DNA of 63,967 nt, the filler included. It is 6 parts of 6 records of this genome, joined end to end, with 100 filler letters (N's around TTAATTAATTAA, not from the genome) between each part and the next. Parts side by side here need not be neighbours in the genome. Positions count along the whole stretch, not along the records: positions 33,580 to 43,142 come from SRR31156797_12650; positions 43,243 to 52,647 come from SRR31156797_12664; 4 more parts are not named here. One strand, 5' to 3'. Shown piece after piece: positions 40,380 through 50,680 of this stretch. The first letter of the stretch is position 1; every line of letters begins with the position of its first letter. The notes below the pieces were generated by a model. It worked only from the letters and a program-made list of their open reading frames with translations. It made no database searches and was not told where the DNA came from. Made by a program: the position numbers and the translations under genes.

Positions 40380-40631
40380 ATGTGGAACGGACCGGGAAGT
40401 CACTGGAATGCGATGGGCTGGGACGGCGGCATCTGGCCGTGGTTCATGGGCTTTCACGGGATCTTCTGGATTCTGATCATGACGCTTGTCGTCATTTGGA
40501 TCGCCCACCTTGTCCGCGATTGGCGTCGCAACCCGGCCCGCGATACCGCCTTTGCGGTTCTGGCCGAGGAATACGCCCGCGGCCGCATCGACCGCCAGGA
40601 ATACCTGCGCCGCAAGGAAGACCTTTCCTGA
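40380..40631 (+). CDS. SHOCT-domain small membrane protein
   Basis: One TM helix followed by AFAVLAEEYARGRIDRQEY. AAGGAG RBS. Confidence 0.85.
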   Translation: MWNGPGSHWNAMGWDGGIWPWFMGFHGIFWILIMTLVVIWIAHLVRDWRRNPARDTAFAVLAEEYARGRIDRQEYLRRKEDLS

Positions 40632-40639
40632 CGGACGCG

Positions 40640-41752
40640 TTAGATCACCCGCGCCACTCCGGGGATTTTTCTCAAGGCCATGGCCGTCGCGAAGCTGATG
40701 ATCAGCGCCAGCACCGTGACGATCAGGAACTTGGCGAAAGACGGCAGGGCGAGGCCTAGGAAGGCCGCATTGAGCCCGACGACGATGAACACGTGCAATA
40801 GATAGACCCCGTAGGTGGCGCCGGCCAGCCGGCTCAAGAGGGTCGACGGGCGGTTCCAGCGGTGACGGGCGTGGGTGCACAGGCCGACCGACAGGCCGAC
40901 GCACAGCACCGCCTCCCACAGGGGAAACAGCACCGTTTCCGAGCCGAAGCCGATCGATCGCACGCCGCCGAAGCTCTCGGCGTAATCCAGCCCGTAGGCC
41001 AACACGACGGCGCCGATCCCGATGCCCAGCCAGATACGGCCAATACCGGCGTCCAGGCGCTCGAACCAGCCATGCCGCCCGGCGATCGTGCCGACGGCGA
41101 ACATGGCCAGATATTGCGGCAGATGGGCCGGTTCCGCCGGTATCACCCAGAACAGCCGGACCCAGGCATCCTGCGGATAGACCGAACGGGTCAATGCTCC
41201 GGCCACGGCAATGACCGCGACAAGCCCGACGATCGCCCGGTGTCCGGGCGCCGGCCCGTCGCCGCCAGCGGTCAAGGCAGGGAAGGCCCGGGCAAGAAAG
41301 GCATAGGCGATGCTGTAAGCCAGCAGATGGAAGACGAACCACGTGTGGCCGAATTCGACCTGCCAGTCGCCGATATAGCTGTCCCGGTAGTAGGCCCAGA
41401 AGTCAACGCCGTCGCCGGCGCCGGCATATCCGATCAGGGCGAAGATCCCGAGCCCGATGATCATCAGCGGAATGCCCAGCCGAACCAGCCGGTCGGCGAT
41501 GAACCGCGCCGTTCCCTTGCGGGCCAACGAAGCCGGCACAAAGTAGCCCGAGATCAGGAAAAACAGCCCCATGAAAAAGCCGGCATTGACCGAGAAAAAG
41601 GGGCCCAGAAGCTGACTGCGCTCGGCCTCGAAAATGGGCCAGCCGCCTCCGGTCGGGCCGTAGGCCTGGGCGCCGTGATGGGCGACGACGATGGATGTGA
41701 CCAGGACCCTCAGCCAGTCGATGGCGGCGAGACGCTGCCTTTCGTTTTGCAT
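40640..41752 (-). CDS. Acyltransferase-3 (OpgC/MdoC-like) membrane protein
   Basis: IDWLR....VVAHH, FFMGLFFLISGYF, DRLVRLGIP and HTWF. Confidence 0.88.
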   Translation of the reverse strand: MQNERQRLAAIDWLRVLVTSIVVAHHGAQAYGPTGGGWPIFEAERSQLLGPFFSVNAGFFMGLFFLISGYFVPASLARKGTARFIADRLVRLGIPLMIIGLGIFALIGYAGAGDGVDFWAYYRDSYIGDWQVEFGHTWFVFHLLAYSIAYAFLARAFPALTAGGDGPAPGHRAIVGLVAVIAVAGALTRSVYPQDAWVRLFWVIPAEPAHLPQYLAMFAVGTIAGRHGWFERLDAGIGRIWLGIGIGAVVLAYGLDYAESFGGVRSIGFGSETVLFPLWEAVLCVGLSVGLCTHARHRWNRPSTLLSRLAGATYGVYLLHVFIVVGLNAAFLGLALPSFAKFLIVTVLALIISFATAMALRKIPGVARVI

Positions 41753-41786
41753 GGAACGATCTTTTCCCCCGTATGCGCGGCCGCCG

Positions 41787-42041
41787 TCAGTGCGGCGGTT
41801 CGACCGGGCGAATACCCGCATAGGCCGAACACCGGAACCACTCGCCGATGCTGCGGATCAAGTGGCTGTTGCCGACGGCGCCGATTCGATCTTTGTACAA
41901 TTCCCGGTACAACGCACGGTCGCCTGCCCATATTTCTACCATAACTTGCGGGGTTGAAGTTATGTTGATATCGACATTCTTGCCGTCGAACACGATCCAC
42001 CAAGTCTTGAATATTTCAAGGTCGATGTAGGTGAAGCCCAT
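41787..42041 (-). pseudogene. Probable remnant of the C-terminal domain of an HxlR/SCP2-like regulator
   Basis: WWIVFDG..VDI.I.....MVEIWAGD....IRSIGEWF..S.YA pattern, recognised from memory. No HTH domain. Confidence 0.45.
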
Positions 42042-42070
42042 CGCCGTTTCGCCGTTGGGCCGGCGGCTTT

Positions 42071-42799
42071 CTAATCCTCGGCGGTGGTGGAAGCCCCTTT
42101 CTGGAAAGTCGAGAAAAACCAACCGACACGATCCAGATGCGCTTGCATGGCGGCCTTCGCCCCGGCGCCGTCGCGGTATTTGATGCAACGGAATATGGCC
42201 TGGTGATCGGCAATTGCCGGTCCCCGGTTTTCCGGCCGTCGCGCCTGTTCGCTCGCATTGTCGATAATCAGACGGCGGTATCGGTCCCAAAACGCGGTAA
42301 CGATGGTTATCAGGGCGGGATTTCGGGTCGCCTCGGCAATCGCGACATGAAAGGACCGGTCGGCGGTATGCCGCAGCATATAGGGTTCGATATCCTGCTC
42401 CATCTGCTGGACCGCGGCTTCCAGCTTGGCCAGATCTTCCGGTGTCGCGGTAATCGCGGCAAGCTTGGCGACGTCTCCCTCGATCATGCGGCGCGCGGCC
42501 AAAAGCTCGAACGGCCCGGCATCGTCGAATGCCAAAGTCGGCAATTGCGCCGGTCCGGACCCGGGCGATTCCGCCAATACATAAGTTCCGGCGCCGACAC
42601 GGATTTCGACCAGCCCCTGAAGATCCAGCACGATCAGGGCTTCCCGAAGAACCGCCCGGCTGACGCCGAGCTGCTTGATCAGTTCGCGTTCGGGCGGAAG
42701 CCGGGTCCCGGCCGCGAACTCGCCGCTCAGGATCAATGCCTCAATCTGCCGCGCGACCTGTTGATACAGGCGGCTGGTGTCGACGGCCCTTACAGGCAT
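42071..42799 (-). CDS. GntR/FadR-family regulator
   Basis: RLPPEREL...LGVSR..LREAL, with an FCD domain (DRSFH.AIA). Confidence 0.93.
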   Translation of the reverse strand: MPVRAVDTSRLYQQVARQIEALILSGEFAAGTRLPPERELIKQLGVSRAVLREALIVLDLQGLVEIRVGAGTYVLAESPGSGPAQLPTLAFDDAGPFELLAARRMIEGDVAKLAAITATPEDLAKLEAAVQQMEQDIEPYMLRHTADRSFHVAIAEATRNPALITIVTAFWDRYRRLIIDNASEQARRPENRGPAIADHQAIFRCIKYRDGAGAKAAMQAHLDRVGWFFSTFQKGASTTAED

Positions 42800-42861
42800 G
42801 GCGGATTTCCTTACCCAATATCGATGACGGGGGCATTGTGTCACCGTGTGGGCGACAAATC

Positions 42862-42948
42862 AATTGGTCAGTCTATCGGACCAATTTAAATTAAATATTG
42901 AAATTATCTCTTAATTGGTCCAATAATCAGAAATTGGTCAGTCCAATT
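42862..42948. promoter_or_regulatory. FadR-type operator sites
   Basis: AATTGGTC...GACCAATT (42862-42886), AATTGGTC (42913) and AATTGGTCAGTCCAATT (42932-42948). Confidence 0.7.
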
Positions 42949-43003
42949 ATATCCAAGATAAAACGTGGGATCCCTTGAGGATTGCGGGAGGCGAAAAACC
43001 AAT

Positions 43004-43142
43004 ATGAAGACGGTCTTCCTTCTGTTTGATTCCCTTTGTCGGCAGGCGCTGGAGTGTTACGGCGGCACCGCCGTCAAGACGCCCAATTTCAACCGGCTTG
43101 CCGCGCGCGGTGTCTGTTTCGACAATCATTATGTCGGCAGCA
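43004..43142 (+). CDS. Sulfatase, N-terminal fragment
   Basis: FLLFDSL.R..L.CYG....TPNF.RLA.RGV.FDNHY.GS. Confidence 0.8.
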
Positions 43143-43242
43143 NNNNNNNNNNNNNNNNNNNNNNNNNNNNNNNNNNNNNNNNNNNNTTAATTAATTAANN
43201 NNNNNNNNNNNNNNNNNNNNNNNNNNNNNNNNNNNNNNNNNN
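43143..43242. other. Artificial contig spacer
   Basis: N-run, TTAATTAATTAA, N-run. Confidence 0.99.
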
Positions 43243-43519
43243 TGATGTAGCAGTAGCTTATACAACTGATGGATTACTTAAAAAATATGGTCTTAAAATC
43301 TTAAAAGATGATAAAAATTTCTTCCCGCCATATGATTCAGTACCAGTGATGAAAACTGAATTTGCTGAATCACATCCTGAAGTTATAACACTTCTTGAGA
43401 AATTTAACAGAAACTTCTCAGAAGAAGATTTCCAAAACTATAACTATCAGGTAGATGTACTTGGATATCCTGAAAAGAAAGTTGCGGAAGAAGCGTTAAA
43501 AGAAAAGGGATTAATTTAA
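43243..43519 (+). CDS. Glycine betaine/osmoprotectant ABC binding domain, C-terminal fragment
   Basis: My translation reads DVAVAYTTDG...LKDDKNFFPPY...NYQVD...EKGLI*. It is not in the ORF track. Confidence 0.85.
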
Positions 43520-43649
43520 TATAGATAAATATATTAATGAAGTAAATATAATTAATAATTAATTTGTGAGATGAATAATGAAAATCAGTATTTACTCAAA
43601 CAAATGTTATAGAATGAAAGTTATATTGAAAAATTATAATATTAGAACT

Positions 43650-43756
43650 GGGGTTTGTTCAGGGTCTTAGGGCAATGAACCATAGTATTAATAAATGCTG
43701 TGAAGTGAGTCAGGTATTAAGTGTAGATGATTTTATATCTACATTAGGGCGAAACT
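43650..43756 (+). ncRNA. Riboswitch-like leader resembling the Na+-I (DUF1646) motif
   Basis: TGTTCAGGGT..hairpin..AAGTGAGTCAGG..hairpin..GGCGAAAC downstream of TATAAT (43635) and upstream of a terminator and ablA. The motif match is from recall. Confidence 0.5.
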
Positions 43757-43757
43757 T

Positions 43758-43808
43758 AAACACTCTAACTCTTTTAGTTGTAACTAATAGAGTTAGAGTG
43801 TTTTTTTT
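43758..43808 (+). terminator. Leader (attenuator) terminator upstream of ablA
   Basis: AAACACTCTAACTCT / AGAGTTAGAGTGTTT stem followed by a T-run. Confidence 0.85.
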
Positions 43809-43894
43809 ATGCAATTTTTTATGTATTGTGCAAAGCTATTAATTAGAATATATAAACTATAAAACGCGTTATAATATAAAGCAGGAGGAAAAAA

Positions 43895-45223
43895 TTGACA
43901 GAAAGAATTGAACTAACAAAGAATAAGATGAACAACAATGAAGTAGGGAAGTTATCTGAGAAATGGACTGATTGGAAATGGCAGATAAAAAACTGTATTT
44001 CGAGACTTGATACAATAGAAAAAATACTTGGGATAAAATTTAGTGATGAGAAAAAAGAGCAGATTAAAGAAACTGCTGAAAAATTCCCTATCTCTATAAC
44101 TCCATATTATCTTTCACTCGTTGATAGTGATGATTATGAAAATGATCCTATCTTCAAACAAGCCTTTCCGGATATTAGAGAGCTAAGTATTAGTGAGTGT
44201 GATATGGAAGATCCCCTGCATGAAGACAAAGACAGTCCTGTAGAGGGTTTAACTCATAGATATCCGGATAGAGTGCTTCTTCATGTTGCTAACGTATGTT
44301 CTATGTATTGCAGACACTGTACCAGAAAGAGAAAAGTAGGAGATCTGGATAATATTCCTTCCAAAGAGAAAATCATGAAAGGAATAGAGTATATAAAGGA
44401 ACATCCTGAGGTAAGAGACGTCCTGTTATCCGGAGGAGATCCATTAATGTTATCAGATGATTACATAGATTGGATTCTTACAGAAGTAAGAAAAATACCT
44501 CATGTTGAAGTTATAAGAATAGGAAGCAGAATGCCGGTTGTACTACCTTATAGAATCACTGATTCTTTAGTAGAAGTGTTAAAAAAACATGAAACTATCT
44601 GGTTAAATACGCATTTTAATCATCCAAAAGAGATTACTCCTTCTGCAAAAAAAGCATTAAAAAAACTTGCTATGGCTGGAATCCCTTTAGGGAATCAATC
44701 TGTTTTATTAGCGGAAGTAAATGACTGTCCGAGAATAATGAAAAAATTAGTTCATAAACTTGTTGAAAATAGAGTAAGACCATATTATCTATATCAATGT
44801 GATTTATCAGAAGGATTAGAGCATTTCAGAACCTTTATAGGTAAAGGGATAGAAATAATAGAAAGTCTGAGAGGACATACCAGTGGATTCGCGGTGCCGA
44901 CATATGTTATAGATGCTCCAGGTGGAGGAGGTAAAATTCCGGTTAATCCAAATTATGTTGTTTCGTGGTCGACAAACAAAGTAATTTTAAGAAACTATGA
45001 GGGAGTAATTACTACTTATAAAATGCCGGATAAATATGATCATAATTTCTGTGATTTAAATTGTAAAGACTGTAACCTTCATCTAGATCTTGAAGAGTGC
45101 CAAGAGGTGAAATCCATAGGTGTAGCGAAACTTCTTTCTGATTATGAGGAAAACATAACTCTGACACCTACAAGTTTGGAAGAGGATCAAGATTATAAAG
45201 GAGCATATGCTGCCAATGAGTAA
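43895..45223 (+). CDS. ablA: Lysine 2,3-aminomutase
   Basis: [27 protein letters not shown] and [10 protein letters not shown]; paired with a GNAT gene. Confidence 0.92.
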   Translation: MTERIELTKNKMNNNEVGKLSEKWTDWKWQIKNCISRLDTIEKILGIKFSDEKKEQIKETAEKFPISITPYYLSLVDSDDYENDPIFKQAFPDIRELSISECDMEDPLHEDKDSPVEGLTHRYPDRVLLHVANVCSMYCRHCTRKRKVGDLDNIPSKEKIMKGIEYIKEHPEVRDVLLSGGDPLMLSDDYIDWILTEVRKIPHVEVIRIGSRMPVVLPYRITDSLVEVLKKHETIWLNTHFNHPKEITPSAKKALKKLAMAGIPLGNQSVLLAEVNDCPRIMKKLVHKLVENRVRPYYLYQCDLSEGLEHFRTFIGKGIEIIESLRGHTSGFAVPTYVIDAPGGGGKIPVNPNYVVSWSTNKVILRNYEGVITTYKMPDKYDHNFCDLNCKDCNLHLDLEECQEVKSIGVAKLLSDYEENITLTPTSLEEDQDYKGAYAANE

Positions 45224-46055
45224 AGATGTAATTGAAAAAATTGGAAACTCTATTATTCAGCATGGAAAACTAAATAATAGAGTATACATAATGAAATTAG
45301 CGAAAAGTGATGTAAGTGATGTGATCAATACCGCTCAATCTTTAGTTGAAAAAAATGGATATACAAAAATATTTGCCAAAGTTGCAAAAGAGTTATATGA
45401 TTATTTTTTATCTGCGGGATTTGAGATAGAAGCGGAAATACCTGAATTTTTTAATGGAAAAGAAGATTGTGTATTTTTAGCAAAATATTTTGATCAAAAA
45501 AGAATAAATATAGCTAACTTAGATGAATTAGAAAAAGTTCTGGATATCTCATTAAATAAATCAAAACAAATTGATATTGGAAAACTTTCGGAAAAATATG
45601 CTATAAATGATCTGACAGAAGAAGATGCAGTTAAGATGGCGAATGTGTATAGGAAAGTCTTTAAATCTTATCCTTTTCCGATATTTGACGACAAATATCT
45701 AATTCAAACAATGCAAGAAAATATCAAATATGCCGGACTTTGGCATAATGATGAATTAGTGGGGATTGCTTCGGCCGAAACATCTCCAAAGGATAAAAAT
45801 TCCGAAATGACAGATTTCGCAGTATTACCTGAGTATAGAGGCGAAGGTTTTGCTCTTTATTTATTAGAATATTTAGAGGAAAAACTAAAAAAAGAAAACT
45901 ATAAAACTCTTTATACTATTGCAAGAGCAAGGTCTTTTGGTATGAATGTGACTTTCAGGAAAAGTGGTTATTATTTCTCCGGAACTTTAAAAAATAACAC
46001 TCAGATTTCAGGGGAAATTGAAAGTATGAATGTTTGGTATAAATCTTTAATATAA
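45207..46055 (+). CDS. ablB: Beta-lysine N-acetyltransferase
   Basis: [33 protein letters not shown] and [19 protein letters not shown]. Confidence 0.9.
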   Translation: MLPMSKDVIEKIGNSIIQHGKLNNRVYIMKLAKSDVSDVINTAQSLVEKNGYTKIFAKVAKELYDYFLSAGFEIEAEIPEFFNGKEDCVFLAKYFDQKRINIANLDELEKVLDISLNKSKQIDIGKLSEKYAINDLTEEDAVKMANVYRKVFKSYPFPIFDDKYLIQTMQENIKYAGLWHNDELVGIASAETSPKDKNSEMTDFAVLPEYRGEGFALYLLEYLEEKLKKENYKTLYTIARARSFGMNVTFRKSGYYFSGTLKNNTQISGEIESMNVWYKSLI

Positions 46056-46098
46056 TTAATGATAATAAAAAAAATGCTCAGAATCCTGAGCATTTTTC

Positions 46099-47277
46099 TT
46101 ATTTCTTATCTGCAGTTTTTAAAGCATCATTTACTGCATTTTTTATTCCTATTGACGAGTAAGTAGCACCTGCAATCAGATCAACATCTGTACTTTGTTT
46201 ATCTAAAATATTGTCAATAACTGCTAAAGCTCTACTGAACCATTTTCTATCATCTCTGTAGCTATCCACACTAATATTTACTATTTTTTCATTTTCAATT
46301 GCAACACTTAGTTTTGTTGTTCCTCTAAAACCCGTTCCACTTCCTTGATATTCTCCGTTTTTAATCCCCTCAGCAGTATATGTCACTGAATCCTCTGAGA
46401 TTGTAGAGGAACCATGATGACCTCTCTTTTTACCCCAGCCCCAAGCATAATCTTTATCTTCGTTATTATCTAAATTACTAACTTCAGAAGAAGATATTGA
46501 ACTTGTAATAGTAGTATCAGCTGCATTTAATTTGCTGAAAAGTGCAAAGAAAATTAAGACAGAACATACCATACCAATAAGTGAGAAATACATAATTTTA
46601 TTTTCGTTTTTCAAATTAATCACCCCATATTTTAAAGTTTTATCTACCGGACACGAACTAATGCAATTAAAACAATTAACACAATTTGCTGATCTTAAAT
46701 TATTACATGTTGAAATTTCCAAATTCATTGGACAGACCTTATCGCATTTTTTACAATTAACACATTTTGAATGATCTCTTTTAATCGTAAAAGGTCTTAG
46801 AAAACTAAATAAGCCATATTTTGCTCCCTGAACACATAGATAATTGCAGAAAAATCTATCAAAGAACATAGAGAGTATAGCGAAAGCCAATATTATTATT
46901 CCGGCTGTGATACTCAAGATATGATTAGACAGAAACATATCAAGATTTACTCTGGGATCTTTACTAAGCAATGTGAAGATAAAATCTGCTGTAATAAGAG
47001 CACTTGCAAGTGCTAAAATAAACCTGCTGTATTTTGCAATCCTATGGATGGATTTAGGCATCTTAACTTTTTTTATTTTCAACAATGAGCCTAACTTTGA
47101 CATTAAATCTTGTAAAAAACCAAATGGACAGATCCAACCACAATAAAACGCTCCTCCTAATATTGTAGCAGTTAATATAACTAACATTGTTTGATTGAAT
47201 TTTGTCATTAATGAGAAACTTATTATCACTAAAAAGAGTATTTGAGATAAAAGTCTGAATTTTTGAATTTTTTTCAT
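46099..47277 (-). CDS. 4Fe-4S membrane protein with C-terminal FMN-binding domain
   Basis: CGWICPFG, CNYLC, CVNCKKCDKVCP, CVNCFNCISSCP and DLIAGATYSS. Confidence 0.88.
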   Translation of the reverse strand: MKKIQKFRLLSQILFLVIISFSLMTKFNQTMLVILTATILGGAFYCGWICPFGFLQDLMSKLGSLLKIKKVKMPKSIHRIAKYSRFILALASALITADFIFTLLSKDPRVNLDMFLSNHILSITAGIIILAFAILSMFFDRFFCNYLCVQGAKYGLFSFLRPFTIKRDHSKCVNCKKCDKVCPMNLEISTCNNLRSANCVNCFNCISSCPVDKTLKYGVINLKNENKIMYFSLIGMVCSVLIFFALFSKLNAADTTITSSISSSEVSNLDNNEDKDYAWGWGKKRGHHGSSTISEDSVTYTAEGIKNGEYQGSGTGFRGTTKLSVAIENEKIVNISVDSYRDDRKWFSRALAVIDNILDKQSTDVDLIAGATYSSIGIKNAVNDALKTADKK

Positions 47278-47489
47278 AAAAATAACCTCCTACATATGAT
47301 CTTCTTATATAACTAAGTTTACTAAAAAGATATGAAAAAAATATGAATGTTAGATTAAAGAATGATTAAAAGTAAAATTACTTGTTTAAAAACTAAGATC
47401 TTAAATTTAAGTAAATGATTTTCTAAGATAGTTATGGTATAATGTGTGGAGCGCAATACTAATAGAAATGCTTAAGATGAGGGGTATAT

Positions 47490-49925
47490 ATGAAAAAAAT
47501 ATTGGTTTTATTAATAACACTTAGCGTGTTTTTATCAGCATGTTCAAACAATAAAAAAGTAAATTCAAACAAAGAATTAACAGTGAAAGAAAAAAAAGAG
47601 AATCTTGTAGAGCAATATGTTATTCAAGGAGATAAATTTTTTAAAGAAAAAAAATATGATGAAGCAATTCTGGAGTTTCAAAAAGCTATCGATTTAGAAC
47701 CGAAAAATGATTTTATCTATAATTTAATTGCGAATTCCTATCTTGCTTTAGGCAACGAGGGAAGGGCTGTAGAGGCTTTTGAAACTGCTATAGAAGTATC
47801 TACACAAAAAGAAATAGCGTATTATAGAATAGGGATGTACTATTTTAATATAGCTCGTTATGAACAGTCTGTAGATTATCTGAAAAAAGCTACAGAACTT
47901 AATAGTGAGTTTTATTTAGCGTTTTTAATGTTGGGGAATTCTTATGATGCAATAGGAAAACCTGATGAGTCTATAAAGTTATTTAATGAAATTATTGAAA
48001 ATGATCCGGAAAATGGTCAGGCGTACCTGCATCTCGGGATATTGGAATTTAAATATGGATTATTTGAGGAGGCAAAAGCTAATATACTCAAGGCTGTTGA
48101 TCTGGGAATAAACGAGAGAACTTATTTTTATCTTGGTGCAACAGCATTTGCACTGGGTGAATACAAAGAGAGTTATGAGTATTATAAAACTGCTCTTGAA
48201 TATGAAGAGAGAAAAGATGAAATCTATTTCAGAATAGGTAACCTGTTTTATGCACTACGTAATATAAAGGGCGCAATTGATAGTTATGAAAAAACTATTG
48301 AGCAAAATCCTGAGTATGCGGAAGCGTATTTTATGCTTGGAGCAATTTATTATCAGGCAAATCAATATCCTAAGGCAATTGAAGTATATGATAAGATACT
48401 AAAACTTTATCCTGAAGATGCAAATATTCACTTTAACTTAGGTTTATCTTATTATTATTTACTTAATTATGAAATGTCACAGTATCATAATGAAAAAGCA
48501 TTGGAGTTTGGATATCAAACTGCTGATGCAGATTATTATCTTGGTTTAATAAATCTTGATACAGATAATATTGATCTGGCAAATAAATATTTTGTTGAAG
48601 CTCTGAAAAAAGATCCGAATTTATACTATAATTCAATAATTTTTGGAGATTCATCAGGAATTTATGATGAGTTTGGAACGAATTATCATTATATCATGGC
48701 AGTAAAATTTTATAGAAATAATCAATTTAATAAAGCGAAATTCCATCTGGAAAAATGTCTGATTAAAAATCCGACAAATACTGAAGCGGCGTATTTATTA
48801 GGAGAGATCTATCTGGCTTTTGGAGACCTTGATATCGCAGAGGAGATTTTCTCAGCAATATTGGAACTGAAATCAACTAATAAAGATGTATATCTAACTT
48901 TGGGAAAAATATATGAACAAAAGCAAGAGTATGAAAAGGCAAGAGCGGTTTATAATGCACTATTAGCTAAAAACCCAATTGATTCTGACGCTATTAATCA
49001 ACTAGCGGGAATCAAAATTACTGAAAACAGATTTGATGAAGCGATATTAACGCTTGAAAACTTATTAAGCAGAAATCCTGAACATAAAAAAGCATATCCG
49101 AATTTAGCCTTTGCATATTACAGTATAGCGGATTATGATAATGCACTAAAAAACTATAAAATTCATAGTGAGAATAATCCGGAGGATTCTGATGCATGGT
49201 ACAGATTAGCAGTTGTAGCTTATCTAAAAAGAGATTATGAGCAAACAATAATTGCTTATGAAAAATCACTTGAATTTGATCCGGATAATAGCGAAAACAG
49301 ATTATCTCTGGGGATAACATATTATAAGAATAAAAATTATGAAAAAACAGTTGAGACTTTGTCTGAATTGCTAGCCAATAAGAATGAGAACGAAAATGAA
49401 GAAGCATCATATTTAACTTATTTTTATATAGGACTTGCATATGAAGCTGAAATGAAACTTGAAGAGTCTCTTGAAATAATCAAGGCAGGTCTTGAAGTTT
49501 ATCCTGATAAAGTTCCGTTAATAGAGGAGCTGGCAATAGTTAATAATCTACTGGGAAATCATGATGAAGCTTTGAAATGGTTTTTAAGGGCTGTTGAACT
49601 TGATCCGTCTAATGAAGTAGCAAGACTTAATCTGAAGGAGTTCTATATAACTCAGGAGCGTTATATGGACGTTCTTTCAGCTGAGTTACAAGCAGAAAAC
49701 CCATCTGTGATAAATTATCTATATGATTATATTGCTAAAGAGATGTTAGAGCAGAATAATGATTTTGAATTGAAGGAGCTTCAGGGTGTTGAAGAAACTG
49801 AAGAGATATTCAGAGATTTCTCTTGGTTAGAGCTGGAGAGATGGCTTGAAAAAATTGAGGATAATGATAATTCAGGTAAATTATCTGAGATAAAAGAAGT
49901 GATTAGAAAACTTAGAAATAATTAG
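47490..49925 (+). CDS. TPR-repeat lipoprotein
   Basis: LSAC lipobox and many 34-aa TPR-like repeats. Confidence 0.88.
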   Translation: MKKILVLLITLSVFLSACSNNKKVNSNKELTVKEKKENLVEQYVIQGDKFFKEKKYDEAILEFQKAIDLEPKNDFIYNLIANSYLALGNEGRAVEAFETAIEVSTQKEIAYYRIGMYYFNIARYEQSVDYLKKATELNSEFYLAFLMLGNSYDAIGKPDESIKLFNEIIENDPENGQAYLHLGILEFKYGLFEEAKANILKAVDLGINERTYFYLGATAFALGEYKESYEYYKTALEYEERKDEIYFRIGNLFYALRNIKGAIDSYEKTIEQNPEYAEAYFMLGAIYYQANQYPKAIEVYDKILKLYPEDANIHFNLGLSYYYLLNYEMSQYHNEKALEFGYQTADADYYLGLINLDTDNIDLANKYFVEALKKDPNLYYNSIIFGDSSGIYDEFGTNYHYIMAVKFYRNNQFNKAKFHLEKCLIKNPTNTEAAYLLGEIYLAFGDLDIAEEIFSAILELKSTNKDVYLTLGKIYEQKQEYEKARAVYNALLAKNPIDSDAINQLAGIKITENRFDEAILTLENLLSRNPEHKKAYPNLAFAYYSIADYDNALKNYKIHSENNPEDSDAWYRLAVVAYLKRDYEQTIIAYEKSLEFDPDNSENRLSLGITYYKNKNYEKTVETLSELLANKNENENEEASYLTYFYIGLAYEAEMKLEESLEIIKAGLEVYPDKVPLIEELAIVNNLLGNHDEALKWFLRAVELDPSNEVARLNLKEFYITQERYMDVLSAELQAENPSVINYLYDYIAKEMLEQNNDFELKELQGVEETEEIFRDFSWLELERWLEKIEDNDNSGKLSEIKEVIRKLRNN

Positions 49926-50049
49926 TTTATAAAAAACACTGAAGAATTTTCAGTGTTTTTTATTTTTTTGCTATTTTAAATTTGTTGGTTAAAAATTTTT
50001 TTAATAAAAAAAGCTGTACTCTTTCGAGCACAGCTTTTTTATAAATTAA

Positions 50050-50523
50050 TTAATATTTGTTAATATTATCAATAGCTGAATCGATGTCGTCAGTTGCAGT
50101 GTCTAAATTATCTTTAGCACCTTCTAAAGACATAATAGCTGTTTTAAGCTTAGTGTTGTCTTTTTCAACTTCTTGGATCTCAGTTCTAACTTTTTCTACA
50201 ACGATCTCTTTGTTTACAACTTTTCTTTCAGCAACTTCTGTATCATATTGAGCTGCACTTAATTCTTCGTTTAATCTTTCAACTTCCGCTTCAGATTCTT
50301 TTAAGTTAGCTTTTGTGATTTCAAGTTCCTCAAGAGTTGTTTTGTACTTAGATTCTGAATCCTCTAAACTTTTTTTGCTAAGTTCAAGATTTTGCTCTAA
50401 TTCAGTAACCTTCTCGTTTACAGTATTGTCAACAGTTTCCTGGACAGTTCCTTCTTCTTGTTGTTTACACCCAACTGCAAGTAGTAGAGATGCCGCAACT
50501 AAAACTGTAAAAAACTTCTTCAT
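50050..50523 (-). CDS. Coiled-coil lipoprotein
   Basis: AVGC lipobox, acidic heptad pattern and AGGAGG RBS. Confidence 0.8.
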   Translation of the reverse strand: MKKFFTVLVAASLLLAVGCKQQEEGTVQETVDNTVNEKVTELEQNLELSKKSLEDSESKYKTTLEELEITKANLKESEAEVERLNEELSAAQYDTEVAERKVVNKEIVVEKVRTEIQEVEKDNTKLKTAIMSLEGAKDNLDTATDDIDSAIDNINKY

Positions 50524-50680
50524 ATGAAATTCCTCCTTGTTTTATTATTAAATATACAATTTTATTGTACCATACTTCTATAGTGAAATCAAAAAAAAAT
50601 CAGATTTTTAAGAGATTTTTACATAAATTGTGAATTATTTAGAAAAATACTGTCGAATATTAAGATGTTTTAAGCTATTT

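Noticed and set aside
33532-42889. Many long overlapping ORFs in contig 3 (e.g. 33532-35226, 37585-38952, 40862-41944)
   Set aside because: Antisense or alternate-frame shadows of well-supported genes, expected at high GC.
47490-49925. TPR protein as a defence or toxin gene
   Set aside because: Lipobox plus TPR repeats only, with no catalytic domain or defence context.
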